Shown here in pieces: positions 1 through 14,082 of a DNA stretch of 64,000 nucleotides; positions within the stretch are counted from its first letter, which is position 1, and each line of letters starts with the position of its first letter. Under the pieces are notes generated by a model, which saw only the letters and a program-made list of their open reading frames with translations, made no database searches and was not told the DNA's origin. Location of the stretch: the NCBI GenBank assembly GCA_051294375.1, contig CM119266.1:4447866-4511865 (forward strand), given 5' to 3'. The translations under genes and the position numbers were made by a program. This DNA comes from Paraspadella gotoi. Its lineage: Eukaryota > Animalia > Chaetognatha.

Positions 1-793
1 GAGAGAGAGGAGGAGAGAGAGAAGGAGAGCACGAGAAGGAACAGGTGAAAATGAGAGAGAGAGACACAGACCCGCCAGACCCGAGCACGAACACGACTCT
101 GTCTTTGACCGATGGCCAAATCTCACGCGCGCACACCAACAATGGGGCGCCGGCGGCCTCTGAGACCCATTTTAATGCACGATGCCTCTCAAATCACAGT
201 CGGCTCCATTACACCACCATACGGATACAAGGCCACCCAAATAGAAAACCCACCTCAGCCATCCTCACACCATAGCTCGCTACAGACAGTATAAATCACG
301 TCCACTATCAGAGTATCAAACCACATTACCGTTACGCCTCTTTTCGCGACCTGTCACGCTATGAAATCCTACCCCCAGTTGCTAAATTCGCGCAAACGAG
401 TCCACATTCACTCACGGAAAACACTGACCAAAAATAAGCTCGCCTCCAACACACACCATCCTGCTGCGCGGCCCTCATTCTCATAACCGTCCGCGCCACA
501 CCACTCGCACCTAACTCTGCGTCGGCAAAAGAAATCTTACATCTTTCTGCTTCTCAACTCCTTGCGCTCTCCTCTCTCCTCTCTTCGCACCCTACTCTCT
601 CTCTCCTCTCTCTCTCTCCCTCGTCAAGTCCTCTTCTACTCCTCTCTCCTCTCTCTCTCTTTCGCCTCCTAGATCTCCCTCTCTCTCATAATATTCCTTC
701 GCGCTGCAAGGAGTATACAAAAACAAGAGAAGCGAATCTGTTCTGAGAATCTCACCCTGTCCCAACTTCCATCAAATGGTTTATATGTGAACC

Positions 794-847
794 AAAAAAA
801 ACAAGAAAAAAAAAAAAAAGAAAAAAAAAAAAAACAAAAAAAAAAAA

Positions 848-896
<49 letters not shown>

Positions 897-945
897 ACAA
901 AAATAAAAATAAAAAACAAAAAAAAAACAAAAAAAAAAAAACAAA

Positions 946-978
<33 letters not shown>

Positions 979-1032
979 CAAAAAAAAGAAAAAAAGATAG
1001 GAAAAAAAAAAAAAAAAAGAAAAAAAGAAAAG

Positions 1033-1088
<56 letters not shown>

Positions 1089-1105
1089 AAAAAAAAAAAC
1101 AAAAG

Positions 1106-1159
<54 letters not shown>

Positions 1160-1166
1160 AAAAAAA

Positions 1167-1208
<42 letters not shown>

Positions 1209-1222
1209 AAAAAAGAAAGAAA
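794..1222 (+). repeat. ~430 bp poly(A)-rich tract
   Basis: Nearly pure A with scattered C/G/T; it produces the spurious poly-Phe ORFs. Confidence 0.95.
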
Positions 1223-2298
1223 CATACTGAGCCCAAAGTTGTCTACGCGTGTTTGAACTTTGCCATTTCCTTTTTCGAAGGGAAATTTGAATAATCTCTT
1301 TTCCTTCTAACTCTCAGGGTTAAAGAAGGGAAAAGAAAAAAGAAGGGAAAAGAAAAGAATTAAGAAAAGAAAAGAATAAAGAAAAGAAAAAGGAAGGATA
1401 ATTTAAAGGTATTACATCAAATCGAATTTTTGAACTAGTGATTTATTGCTTACTTTATTTGAAAATGAATATTTTTTTAAATATTTGTATTTTTTATAGC
1501 CAATATGAAAATTATTATCTATTTAATATTTATAAGTAAAAATAAATAATAAAAAATAATATTATTATATAATACTACAATATACAAAAATAGATAAAGA
1601 TCGACAGACCGACCGAAAATAGACTTAAAGAGTCGCTCCTGCGAGCACTCTCGGGTCGGCGGCAAAAGGAGTCGATCCTTTGACAAGGGGACCAAGTAGT
1701 TTGGGTGGCTCCTTGGCCTCTTTGGCCTATTTTGGCCTCAAAAGAAAAAGATTGATATCGGAGGTTCAACCTTCTACAATAAATAGCAAACATTAAACAT
1801 TAAACACGAAGCAAAAAAAGAATTTTTCGGTTTCATTTGCGGAATAAATTAAAATACAGACAGAACCAATTTCAAAATAAAAAGCAAATATATTATATTA
1901 GTATAAATATTATAAGAGCCTTCTCAGCTATATTCTTTCAAAACTACAGTTTTTTATGCAAATATTAGAATTTCTAAAGCATTTTTTTTTTTTATCCATC
2001 GTTGGTAAATATATCTGAAAATTGCGTTTATATTTAAAAAAGGGAAGAATATTGTTGAGACTAATGTTTGCCCTGGCTGGCTTTTAAAATGTTATATGAC
2101 GTACATGAGGATAATTAGGTAAAAATAAAACAAGTTTAATCTCACAATTTAAATATGTTTATTCAATATTAATTTTTACATTTTTGGTAGAAACTTAACC
2201 ACTTATCCAGTTGGCCATCTTGTCCGTCACTGGCAGAAACAATCTCCCACTCACTACCCCAGGCTTTTTTATCCACTCTCGCGCAACCTCTCTCTCTT

Positions 2299-2346
<48 letters not shown>

Positions 2347-2556
2347 CTATTTCATCGATCGCTCGCACCGCATAATTTGACACGCGTTTTTCGTTCCTGC
2401 ATTTTGTTCCTCAAAACTACTTTTTGTTTGTCCATTCATCCGTCCGTCCGTCCATCCATCCCTCCCTCCCTCCGTCCGTCCGTACGAAAACTCTTCCTTG
2501 TTCTCTCGCCTTTCAAAACTCTCCTTTCCCTCGGGCGAGACGGGTTCGCCGCCTTT

Positions 2557-2621
<65 letters not shown>

Positions 2622-3157
2622 ACACATCTCCTGTTAATTTCCCTCTCGCTCACCTTTCTCCGCCTTCAAACCTACATTTTCACCTGTCACACTTTTTTCT
2701 TTTCTTTTCTTTTCTTTTCTTTTCTTTTCTTTTGTCTTTTTCTTTCCTAACTTTTTTCACTCTTTATCTCTCCCTATATTAGTCTCCTTCTCTCTCTCCA
2801 TCCCATCTCTCCAACTCACTATACCTCTCACTCTCTCTCTCTCTCTCTCTCCCCCTCTNNNNNNNNNNNNNNNNNNNNNNNNNTTCTTGTCTCTCCTCTC
2901 TCTCTCCTCTCGTCTCCTCTCTCTCGCTCTCTCCCATATTCCCGCATCTCACGATTCAAGATTCCTTCCCTTTTAGGAGAAGGTGTAACTGCGGTTTATT
3001 AGGGGTGACGAGACCGAGAGAGAGAGAGAGAGACGAGAAGAGCATCGACGAGAGAGAGAGCAGAGAGAGAGAGATAGAGTAGAAGCTTGCGTTCAGCAGC
3101 AGTTTCTTAGTCTCTGTCCTCACTCTCTCCCGCCGACAGGATATGTCATCTCCCAAA

Positions 3158-3412
3158 TCCTCCGCCCCGCGGGGCGGCTCATAGGGCGGCCCCAGGGGGC
3201 AGACTATTTCAGGGGGAGCAGCAAAATGGTCATGAGGGGCGCCCCTCCTGCATTGCCTCAGGGGGCGCCAAGGGGGTTCCCCGGGTGGCAACAATTTTGG
3301 GATTTCTAAATGCGGGCGCTCCCTAATGCTATCGCCCCCTGGGCCCAAAAAAAAGCTCTGCCCTGGGGTAACCCCCTTGCGGGAGCAAAAAAACTGCTCC
3401 CCAGGGGCGAGT
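3158..3412 (-). repeat. GC-rich element loosely related (inverted) to those at ~6030 and ~7660
   Basis: The reverse complement contains GGGGTTACCCCAGGGCAGAGCTTTTTTTTGGGCCCAGGGGG, compared with GGGGTAGCCCCAGGGGCAATGTGTTTTTCTAGCCCCAGGGGG at ~7700. Confidence 0.4.
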
Positions 3413-5315
3413 TAAGAGAGAGCAAGTTCAGATGAGAGAATATTACTTTGACTATGTTATTATATCTTGAGAATAATTTCTCACCTGTTGTTACTCTCTC
3501 TTTCTCGTCTCCCTTTTTTCTCTCTCTCTTTTTTCTCTCTTTCTCATTCTCTCTTTGCTTTGTTTTTCTCTCTCCTTTTTTTTCTCTCTCTCTTCTAAGA
3601 CTTGTTTTATGTAACTAGGATTAAATATACATTTTTTCAATTATTGTTAACTCATTTTTCTATATTTTATTTTTAAAAATTTAATATTTGTATTTAACCC
3701 AATTATTTTAGATTTCATTTAAAGATATAGAACAAGATTTAGCAAATCGCAAATCGCTAGGTCGTAGCCACAAAAATTTAGTCGGTAAAAGCTAATCAGT
3801 TCATTTGTCTTCATTTTTTTTGTCTTTTTTGTCTTTTTTTTATTTTTTTTTTTTGTTAGATGTGACATAACTGATAGGACTGATAGAGAGAGACATATTT
3901 TTTAAAAAAATATTTCATAATTTGATGTTTAAAAAGAAATTAATACCATCACCACAACACAGATAATGGCAGTGGGACCTGACAGATCCCTACTTAGTAA
4001 GGCGTAGTGAAAGTTAGTACGCAAAATTCATAAAGTCAATTATGTAACAAACATTACAGTCGTGACAATTAATTGTCAAAAAAAATTAATTTTATGGTTT
4101 TCTTACATTTTCGCAGTAAGGGCTTATTTATTGTAGTATATTAGTACTATGTCTTTCCTCTATAAATCGAAAAATGGTTCAAAATAGGAGCTTTTCTAAT
4201 TTCCGGTTGAAGATTTGAATGCTCTCGTCAAAAGTTGTAAAAGTAACAATATAATTATTTTTAAAAATTTCTTTCATTAGTAGGTTAAAAATTAAAAAAC
4301 CTATATTTAATATATAAAAAGGTAAATTTTTAGCTAAAACGTCATAGTTTTTTCTTATTTTTGACCCACTTACTGAAGGAATTTTTACAAAAGAGTTATA
4401 TTTTCTATTTCTATCAACTTTTTTGATGACGACCAAATCTGCAAATAAAGAATCTTAGAAAACTGTTCTGAAATTTAACCATTTATTGGCCTTCAAGGTC
4501 TAAGTATAACATCATGTGCGGCTCTCATTACTGGCGTACCATTGATAAAATGATAAAAATTTTCTTTTTATACTACATAAATGTTCATTAGCGTATAATG
4601 TTGTCGTTCCTCACTTTAGATTTAATTAAAAGTTAAACTTTAGACAATTATTACTACGCACTTACTACTTAGTGTGAATTATAGTTCCCCCCCAAAAAAA
4701 CCAATATAAAAAGCCTATCATTCAACATTAAACATAGTTCTACAATCGTAAAATAAAATTTTTCTTCTTTATATATAAAGATTTGTAATTATATAATATC
4801 GTCAGTTGTAGATCTGCTTAAGTGTGAACTCTACGTTGTTAAGTAGAGCTGGAAGATTTTTGAGAACGTAGAGTGAGCAAAACTTTATATCTAGCTCAAT
4901 CACATACTTTTCTACCCACATACAAAAATGATTCTATTGCCAATCATCTAGTTTTAATCACGAATAATAGAGTTTCAATTGCTAAGTATGGGGACGCACT
5001 TAGAAGAGACTGATATCAATTAATTAATCGAATTAAATATTTTTTTTAATTAATTATTTTTTATAAATGAAATTAAAAAAATTAAAACCATCCTACTCTT
5101 GTATTTCTATTATTTTAAAATTTCATTGTATGTAAACTTAAGATAAATTTGTATGTGGTAGAAAAGTGTGCAACGTGAAAGTGAGTTTTAATGGAAAAAA
5201 ACAAAAGCTTTACTTTTACACTCTTGAACCTTATTAAAATATCTTTTATACTCTTTTTCTCTCTTTCTTTTTTTATTTTTATCGAGATAAAATTATTCAT
5301 TAGCTAATGTTACGT

Positions 5316-5850
5316 TGATGTTGACGCAAATTAATTAATTTGAGCAAATTATCCAAGGTTGTCACAATTATCTAAGTTGACCAAATTATGCAGTTGAACC
5401 AATTATGACTGGGCCTTGACTAAATCAGCAATAACCAATTCATCACCCACTTGACCAATTTCATGCCAGTTTGACAACATCATATGCCAATTGACCTACA
5501 ATTATGCAGATTGACACATTTATGAAGTTGAATTGAATAACTATGCAATTGATTAATTACTAAAAGTTTACAAAATATGACAAGTTTACGCCAAATTATG
5601 AAAGTTTTACCAAATTCATCTAAGGTTTACCAAATTTATCAATAGTTTAGCAAATTTATAAGGTTAACATATTAAGAAGTTAAGCTAAATTTATAAATAA
5701 TTACCAAATGATGAACAGTTTTACCAAATTTATAAACCAGTTTACCAAATTTTAAAAGTGGATTAAATTCTATCAGTTGACAATCATCATCTGTTGAACA
5801 AATGGTTTGTCATTTGATTAAATTATGCGCAAGGTGACCAAATTAGCAAA
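5316..5850 (+). repeat. Degenerate ~20 bp minisatellite (consensus about GTTGACCAAATTATGCAA)
   Basis: Recurring ttgaccaaattatg / tttaccaaatt units over ~530 bp. Confidence 0.75.
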
Positions 5851-6270
5851 GTGTGGTCATTTACTTCGTCGCAGCCTATGGTTCATTAACGATGATTAGT
5901 GAAGTGAAAAATTATTATTTTTATTTTTATATTTTGTATATGAAAGATAAAATAGAAAAAATCAAATCAGAGAAAGACGAGAGAGAGAGAAGAGAGGTAG
6001 AGGTAGAGAGAGATTTTGGAAGGAGAGAGAGCCGTTTCCAGGCGCGCAGGAAAATCTATTCCCCCTCGGGGGGTTAGCCCCAGTGGAGGCAATGTTTTTT
6101 CTAAGCCCAGTGCGGCATATCCCCCTGGAGTGGCCCCTTGGGGCTCAAAAAGAGCACAGGGGGCCCCCCCTAAGCGGTAAAGATTTGGCCTGCCCCTCGG
6201 GGCGCCCCGCGGAGGCCACCCCGCGCGGGGCCGCCCAGCACCGCTCCCGGGGGAAGCGATTCCTGAAGGG
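5838..6270 (+). repeat. ~430 bp direct repeat, copy 1 (copy 2 at ~7475-7905), with a GC-rich core
   Basis: Shared ordered motifs: aaattagcaa..gtgaaaaat..attattttta..gagagccgttt/c..caggaaaatc..agccccag..ccctaagcggtaa..gcctgccc..cccggggaagcgatt. Confidence 0.8.
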
Positions 6271-7474
6271 ATGATACTGATTCCCCTGTCTCTACTCAAC
6301 GAGGCCCGGCGGAGACCTTGCGCAGGCTGCGACAGGCCGAATGCCTCTCCCTTCAAATGCAGCACTCAGTCCCCTTTCTCTGGTGACTGGGCGGTCCCTA
6401 AACGAGCCGCTTCAGGAGGAGGGAAGGGGAAGTCCCACCACTCCTGTCGCTTTAAAAGCGCACAGAATCGACACCGGCCCCCCACCTCGCCCGCAGGCGA
6501 GACGGTCAGGTGCAGGTCGGCAGGGTATCAGGCCACAAGAGACATTAAGCAGTGGCACTAGGGATCTTTTCCTTCTGGTCAGTCCCCAGTCCAACACTCT
6601 TTAAGTTCGGTCACACTCCCTCTCAGCCACTGACGCGCCAATGACCCGTCACCATCCCCTATGTCCTTCCTTTGGCCACACCAAGGGGGGCAAGCTCATT
6701 TTGAGCTCTTTCTTCACTCGCTTAAATTTCAATTTTGTAGGCTCTTAGTATTCATTAGCAATATAAAAATATAAACTAAACTTTTTTTCAATTTTTCAAC
6801 TTCACACTTTCACCACATTTCTTTAGCTAATTAGTTACACACATTGAATATTCTATTCACTCTTTTGCAATTGTAAAAAATTCTCACAATCTTTTTCCAG
6901 TTTTTACATTTTATCACTCTCTCGTTGTGACATTGCACAATGTATATTTTTTAATTATTTCTATTTTATCCCTGCTTATAGTCTATCTCTGCTCTTCTCT
7001 CTTTCTCTTAACTAATTTCATTCTTTTCAAAAACTCTACTGCAATCTGTGTTCAAACTTACCCTGTCCTCACTCTGACCACTATTCTGTCTCACCATACT
7101 TTGTTGGAAACTTCTAACCTTTCTCTCTCTCTCTTTTTTTTTTACTCTTTTGGAGAGTAAGGGCTTTGCAAAACGCAAAGCTGAAACCATGTCTGTTTTG
7201 CCATATTAAAAACAAGATTCGTTGAAAACTATAATTACTTTAATAAGTTATATATACTAATATACCAATATTTACTGAAGATGTTTAATGGTTTTAGTTA
7301 ATTATAGTGTTTAAAATCTATAGAACGGTTTAAAATATTTATATCCAAAATAGTGAATTTTATCCAAATTATAGTTACTCAAAATGTAATATGTATTATC
7401 TTATATCTATGGTTGCATATTCTATATCTGTTGATTATATCTATGTATTGATTAATATGCGAATAGTGTATTCT

Positions 7475-7905
7475 AAATTTAGCAAGTTGGTATTCGGTGC
7501 AGCATGGTCATTAAATGATTACATTGAAAGGTGAAAAATATTATTTTTTATTTATTTTATTTTCATTGTATAATAGATTTAAAAAATAGAAAATAGATAG
7601 AGAAAGAGTACGGCGAGAGAGAAAGACGAGTACGAGGGGAGAGAGACATGGAAGGAGGAGAGAGCCGTTCAGGGCGGCCAGGAAAATCCTATCCCCGCTG
7701 GGGTAGCCCCAGGGGCAATGTGTTTTTCTAGCCCCAGGGGGGTTCCACCCTGGAGTGCCGCCTTGCGCTCCAAAAAAGACGGCTAACAGGGGCCGCTCCC
7801 CTAAGCGGTAAGGAAATTTGCCTGCCCTCGGGGCCGTCCCCGCGGACCACCCCGCATTGGGGCCGCCCCCCAAGCACCCGCCCGGGGAAGCGATTTGAAT
7901 GATAC
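7475..7905 (+). repeat. ~430 bp direct repeat, copy 2
   Basis: Colinear, indel-rich match to 5838-6270. Confidence 0.8.
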
Positions 7906-8145
7906 CATCCTGCCTCCCTCTCCTCTCTCTCTCTCTCTCGTCTCTACTTCGGACTTCCCTTCATAACTCTTTCTTGCCTGCAGCAAATAATAATAATGAC
8001 GACGACCGACGACGACGACGACATAACGACGTCGAACGTGACTAATCGAAGTCTTTTCTGCTTCTAAATCATCATGCCCTGGGCAGGGCAGAACGGAGAA
8101 GGGGGTAAGGGGGGGATGAAGGAGGCATCTAGCGGGGGTGGTAAA

Positions 8146-11100
8146 GGGGCTTTAGAGGGGCAAGGGTGGCAAGGGTGTAAGGTGACGATGGTGGGGCTAA
8201 GGGACATTTCACGCAGAAAAACCCTGATCAGTTTTCACTTCTGATGTCAAGATTTGACTTTAACATTCGCCAACCAAAGAAGCGTATCGATGTTGGCCTC
8301 TTTTCACAGAAGCGACCCATTTCTGTTATTTTATCGCAGAATTTAATTTTAGCCTTAAATTAAGGTTGCATACTTAATTGAAGCATTGTCTCGCTACAGA
8401 TTAAAATTTTGAAATTTGAATGGTCGACCGTGTTTGAGTCTGGCGTCATATTCGTTGGATCGTTTCAGTCCGATCGTATCAGTGTTGGATTATTCGAATG
8501 ATGGTATCCTTTTAACGTTGAGAAACCATACTCGTAATACTTAGGCCGCTGTTTTTAATAAAGACTATCAAATATTTAAGTGTGAAGAAGATTTTGACGT
8601 ATTTTATCGAAAAAGTTTACGTTTCATTCTTTTTATAGACTAATTTATGAATGCAACGAGGATTCCTTTACGTCGTGTCGTCGTCGTGTATCAGGGATTT
8701 GAAAATAAAACAGAGGCTAAGATAACCAAGAAGGAACAAAATAAACTGAGCACAAAACAGAATAACCCAAAGAAAAAGAGCGAGAAAAGAACTCAGAAGA
8801 AAAGAAAAGGTAACTTAGGAACTTGTATTCGCGTATAAGACTAGGATAAAGTCCCAGGGGAGAGAGAGAAGAATTAAAAAGAATAAGAGAGAGAGAGAGA
8901 GGACGGAGGGCGAACTAAACTCTCTCTCTCTCCCTCTCTCTCTCTCTGCTCTCTCTAATGCCTATCTCTCTCTCTCCCCCTAATTGCCGGTCTAATGATG
9001 AGAAAACGCGCTGATTTTTCGAAATCGATTATCTCACGATCCGGCTTCTCTTCGCTCTCTTCTCTCCTTCTCGTTCTCCTCTCGTCTTCGTTTCTCTCTC
9101 TCTCCTCTCTCTCTCTGCTCTCTGTTCCTAGTTAACAAAAAACATAACATGGACTTTATTCAAACAAAAAATTTCTCCTCTAAAAAGAGAAACAGGTTTC
9201 TTCCTTGTAAATTGTAGTCGTCGTCGTCGTCGGTTCTTGATGTAATTAAAAACAACAAACCATCTTCCCCCCCCAAAAAATCGAACAGAATATCTTATAA
9301 TTTTTTTAAAATTGTATTATATATACAATATAATTAATTATATATTATTATTATTATTATTAGTATAATGTTACTTAATTATTTTATTATGATTATCGAA
9401 TATTAATTATATCTCGAGTCATATTTATCATGGTCATTTATTGCTGTATTATAATTCTCATTAATATCATTATATAATAGCTTAAATAGTTACCAAGGAC
9501 CACCCACATACCGGTCACACACGTCGTCCAAGGTGACAGTTTAATCTGTGTTAGTTTGACATGGGTTGATACATATTTTTTTATATTGATGGCTGTAATT
9601 GTTTCATGATTAATTAATATTTATTGATCTGTCTATTGACTGAATAACTCATATATTATTGAAATATTATAAAGCATTTCTCTTTTGTCTCATCTTTGTT
9701 TAAGTGACTTTACTGATTATACCGGCCACCTGCGCGTCGTCGTCTAGTGACTGAGTGGGTCTGGGAGAAGTTGCCTTCGAGTTCATGTCAACCTGTCTAA
9801 CCAGAATTAACCAGAATCACAGAAGGGTGTAAATACTTAAAATAGTAGTAATAGTATTACAAGTAGATTTAAACAGACCGACCGACCATGAAAGTGACTT
9901 TTAGGGGCTCGGGGGGCGCGGAAGCAAATGAGCAGACATTGGGTGTCCTTGTTGTGAATCGAGTCTTTCTTGGTGAGCGTGAAAGTTTTTCCACGTCACT
10001 GCGATTGTGAAACTTTGCTGAATGTCCGTCACAGCTTCATTAAGTTGCGACTCTCTCGCCGGCGCGCCAACCGATTCACTTTAATAATTTTAAAATACGT
10101 TTTATGTTTTGTTTATGTTCTTTTTGTTTATGTTCCCTTTGGTGTGTATAAAGTCGTAAGTTAATTCTCTTGCGAGGGGTTTAGAGGGGCAAGGGTGGTA
10201 AGGTGACGATGGGTAGGGGCTAAGGGACATCACGAGAAAAACCGTGATCAGGTTTTCACTTCTGATTCAAGATTTGACTTTAACTTCGCCCAAAACAAAA
10301 GAAGCGTATCGATGTTGGCTCTTTTTTCACAGAGCGACCCATTTCTGTTATTTTATCGCAGAATTCAATTTTAGCCTTAAATTAAGGCTTAATACTTAAT
10401 TGAAGCATGTTCGTAAAGTTTAAAATTTGAAATTTGAAATTTGAAATTTGAAATTTGAAATGTGACGTTTTGTAGAGGAATTCGTTGGTCGTTCAGTCGA
10501 TCGATCGATTTGATTATTCAATGATGTTGATTTTAACGTTTGAGAAACATTACTGTTAATACTTAGGCCGTGTTTTTAATAAAGATATCAAAATATTTAA
10601 TATGAGAAAAATTAGTTACGATTGTTATCAAAAGTTTACGTTATTCTTTTTATAGACTAATTTTAATTGAATGCAACGAATCTTTACGTCGTCGTCGTCG
10701 TCGTCGTCGTATCCAGGGATTTGAAAATAACTAAGAGCGAAAGATTAAACCAAGAAGAAAAAAACTGAGAACAGAAAAAAACCCAGAAAAAACCAGAAAA
10801 AAACAGAAATAGAAAAAGAAAAAGGTAACTAGGAACTTGATATTCGCGAAGAACAGGAAAAAGTCCCGGGGAGAGAGAGAGGAAGAATTAAAAAAGAATA
10901 AGAGAGAGAGAGAGAGAGGGACGGAGAGGGCGAAACTAAATCTCTCTCTCTCTCTCTCTNNNNNNNNNNNNNNNNNNNNNNNNNNNNNNNNNNNNNNNNN
11001 NNNNNNNNNNNNNNNNNNNNNNNNNNNNNNNNNNNNNNNNNNNNNNNNNNNNNNNNNNNNNNNNNNNNNNNNNNNNNNNNNNNNNNNNNNNNNNNNNNNN

Positions 11101-11620
11101 NNNNNNNNNNNNNNNNNNNNNNNNNNNNNNNNNNNNNNNNNNNNNNNNNNNNNNNNNNNNNNNNNNNNNNNNNNNNNNNNNNNNNNNNNNNNNNNNNNNN
11201 NNNNNNNNNNNNNNNNNNNNNNNNNNNNNNNNNNNNNNNNNNNNNNNNNNNNNNNNNNNNNNNNNNNNNNNNNNNNNNNNNNNNNNNNNNNNNNNNNNNN
11301 NNNNNNNNNNNNNNNNNNNNNNNNNNNNNNNNNNNNNNNNNNNNNNNNNNNNNNNNNNNNNNNNNNNNNNNNNNNNNNNNNNNNNNNNNNNNNNNNNNNN
11401 NNNNNNNNNNNNNNNNNNNNNNNNNNNNNNNNNNNNNNNNNNNNNNNNNNNNNNNNNNNNNNNNNNNNNNNNNNNNTTCTTCCTTGTAAATTGTAGTCGT
11501 CGTCGTCGTCGTCGTCGTCGTTCTTGATGTTAATTAAAAAACAACAAAACCATCTTCCCCCCCCAAAAAAAAATCGAAACAGAATATCTTATATTTTCAA
11601 AATTGTATATATACAATAAA

Positions 11621-11661
<41 letters not shown>

Positions 11662-11664
11662 CAA

Positions 11665-11710
<46 letters not shown>

Positions 11711-12329
11711 ATTATTATTAATATTAAAGACCACCACCATAACCTGTCAAAAGTCAAGGTGAAGTTTATTGTTTATTGAAGGAATGAATGATTTTTATAT
11801 TGATTGTACCAATTTTTAAATAATAAATATTTTATCTGTCTGTTATTGACTGAAATAACTATATATTATTAAAATTATATAGCATAATTCTTTTGGTCTC
11901 ATCTTATTTTTAAGTGACTTTATTAATATAGGATATATTTCTGACAAATGTCTTCGAGTTCATTCAAACCTTTTAACCAAAATTAACCAGAATCACAAAA
12001 GCTATAAATACTTAAAATATAAATAAAATATATTAACAGATAGATTTAAACAGACCGACCGACCAACAAGTGACTTTTAGAGAACTCGGGGCGCAACCAA
12101 AAATGAGCAACAACTGGTCCTTTTTGTGAATCAGTTTTTTGACGGTGAAGATTTATCCACGTCACTGACGAGTTGTGAAACTTTGCTAATGTCCTTTCAC
12201 ACTTCATTAAAGTTCACTCTCTCGCCCCGCCAAACCGATTCACTTTATATAAACTTTTAAAATAACGTTTTATGTTTTGTTTATGTTTCTTTTTTGTTTA
12301 TGTTTTCCCTTTTGTTTATAAAGTCGTAA
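8146..12329 (+). repeat. Tandem duplication of a ~2 kb unit (8146-10159 and 10176-12329)
   Basis: Both copies begin ggggtttagaggggcaagggtgg and end tataaagtcgtaa. The first copy is insertion-rich and the second contains the N gap at 10960-11476. Confidence 0.9.
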
Positions 12330-12383
12330 CGTTTATTGAGTTTGAAAAGATCTTTTTTGACGAAAGCATAAACTGATTCGACC

Positions 12384-12445
<62 letters not shown>

Positions 12446-13044
12446 CGTGTGTGGGTTCAAAGATGTCAAAGGAATTTATCTCAGAATCTTAGTCGAATAA
12501 TTATTTTTGACAATAAAAACGTTAATTAGTTCGAGTTTCTGTCAAATAATCCAATTTCATGAGGAAAAAAAAATTATAAATGTTTTTAATTATATCAAAT
12601 CGCTGTTTAAAAACGGGCGGACCGACAATAGACTAGTAAACGGACTCATGAACCAACGAATCTCACCCAAATTTTGCTAATTTTTGGGGTAAAAAAGTTT
12701 TAATTGTTCAAAATAAAATCATAATTCAAAATAATGGAATCAGATCGAGTTGAGTAGTACATAAATATCCGTCTCCCCTTAAACTCAGTCCCTCATCGTT
12801 ACAATTACAAATAATCTCGATCCACTTCGACGCGAAATGTAGGATTTTGTGATTTTGTGATGATCGGCGAATTTGTGAAGGATTTGTGAAAATTAGCCGA
12901 TCGATGATGACTAACGACGACGACGATGAAGACGACGACGACGACGACGACGAAACATCATCTCCTTCTGTCAGAAGCGAAATTCAATCCTTTTTTCTTC
13001 TCATCTCATCTCGATTTTCTTGACCCTAAACTCGATATATCGCT

Positions 13045-13400
13045 TCTATGCCCGCTCCTATGCCCGCTCCTATGCCCGACTTATAAGCCAGCTCTTATGC
13101 CCGACTTATAAGCCGGCTCCTATGCCCGACTTATACGCCAGCTTCTATACCCGTTCATGCACCAGTCTTATGCCCGCCCCAATATCCGCTTCTATGATCG
13201 CTCCTACGCCCGCTTCAAAGCCAGCTACAATGCCCTTTTGTCCGTTTCTGTGCCCGCTCCATCGTCGCTCCTGATTCCTTTCTTTTGTCTGCTCCTACGT
13301 CCGCTCTCAGTACCGCGGCTGATCCTTTGCCCGCTTGTTTCCCGCTTGTTTTTATTATCCCAGGACTATGCCCGCTCTTATACCTGTTTCTGTACCCGCT
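13045..13400 (+). repeat. Degenerate 12 bp minisatellite (TATGCCCGCTCC / TATGCCCGACT)
   Basis: Near-perfect units at 13047-13135 that decay downstream. Confidence 0.85.
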
Positions 13401-13924
13401 TCCATACTGGCTCCCAGTGGGCATTGCCTTTTCTTCCCCTCTTTTGACCGCTTATTCTCTTTTTAACAAGTACGCGTCGTCCCACCCTTTCTCCTCTCCT
13501 CTCTCTCTCTCTCAGCTGTCCTCTCTCTCTCTCTCTCTCTCTCTCCTCTCTCTCCCCTCTCTCATGCTCAACTTGCCCGAGCAAATCAACCTCCATTCCG
13601 CCCGAATTGGGTCCTTTCCCCCAAAAACTAAACTAAACAATAACGTTACCACCATATCGCTACACAACGCACCATCGCCCTCCTCACCCCTAATCCATGC
13701 CCCCTGTCCCCCTGGACGCCCCTCCACAACCCCTATCCCACCCCCTAAACCCGCTTCCCCCCCCTTAATTGCGCCTTGGCTCCTGAACGAAGGTTTTCCC
13801 TCCCGCGGAGATTCGACGGGGATTCGATAGAGAGAGAGACTCTGGGGTCGAAGAAGAGGGGAAGGAGAGAGGAAGGGGGATGGAAGGAGGAAAGGGTATA
13901 GAGTGGGGATTGGGAAGTCAGAAA

Positions 13925-14082
13925 GTGGGGATTTTGGCGTGGGGATTTGGGTTGGGGATTGGCGTGGGGATTTTTGCGGGGATTTGGCTTGGGACTGGCG
14001 TGGAGACTGGCGCGTGGGGGATTGCGTGAGGAATTGGCGAGGGGATTGAATTGGGGATTGAAGTGGGGATTGGCGTGGGGAA
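13925..14082 (+). repeat. G-rich 12 bp minisatellite (GGGGATTGGCGT)
   Basis: About 12 degenerate units, most with a GGG(G) run. Confidence 0.85.

Noticed and set aside
669-1236. Poly-Phe ORFs
   Set aside because: These are translations of the poly(A) tract, which may itself be a sequencing artefact.
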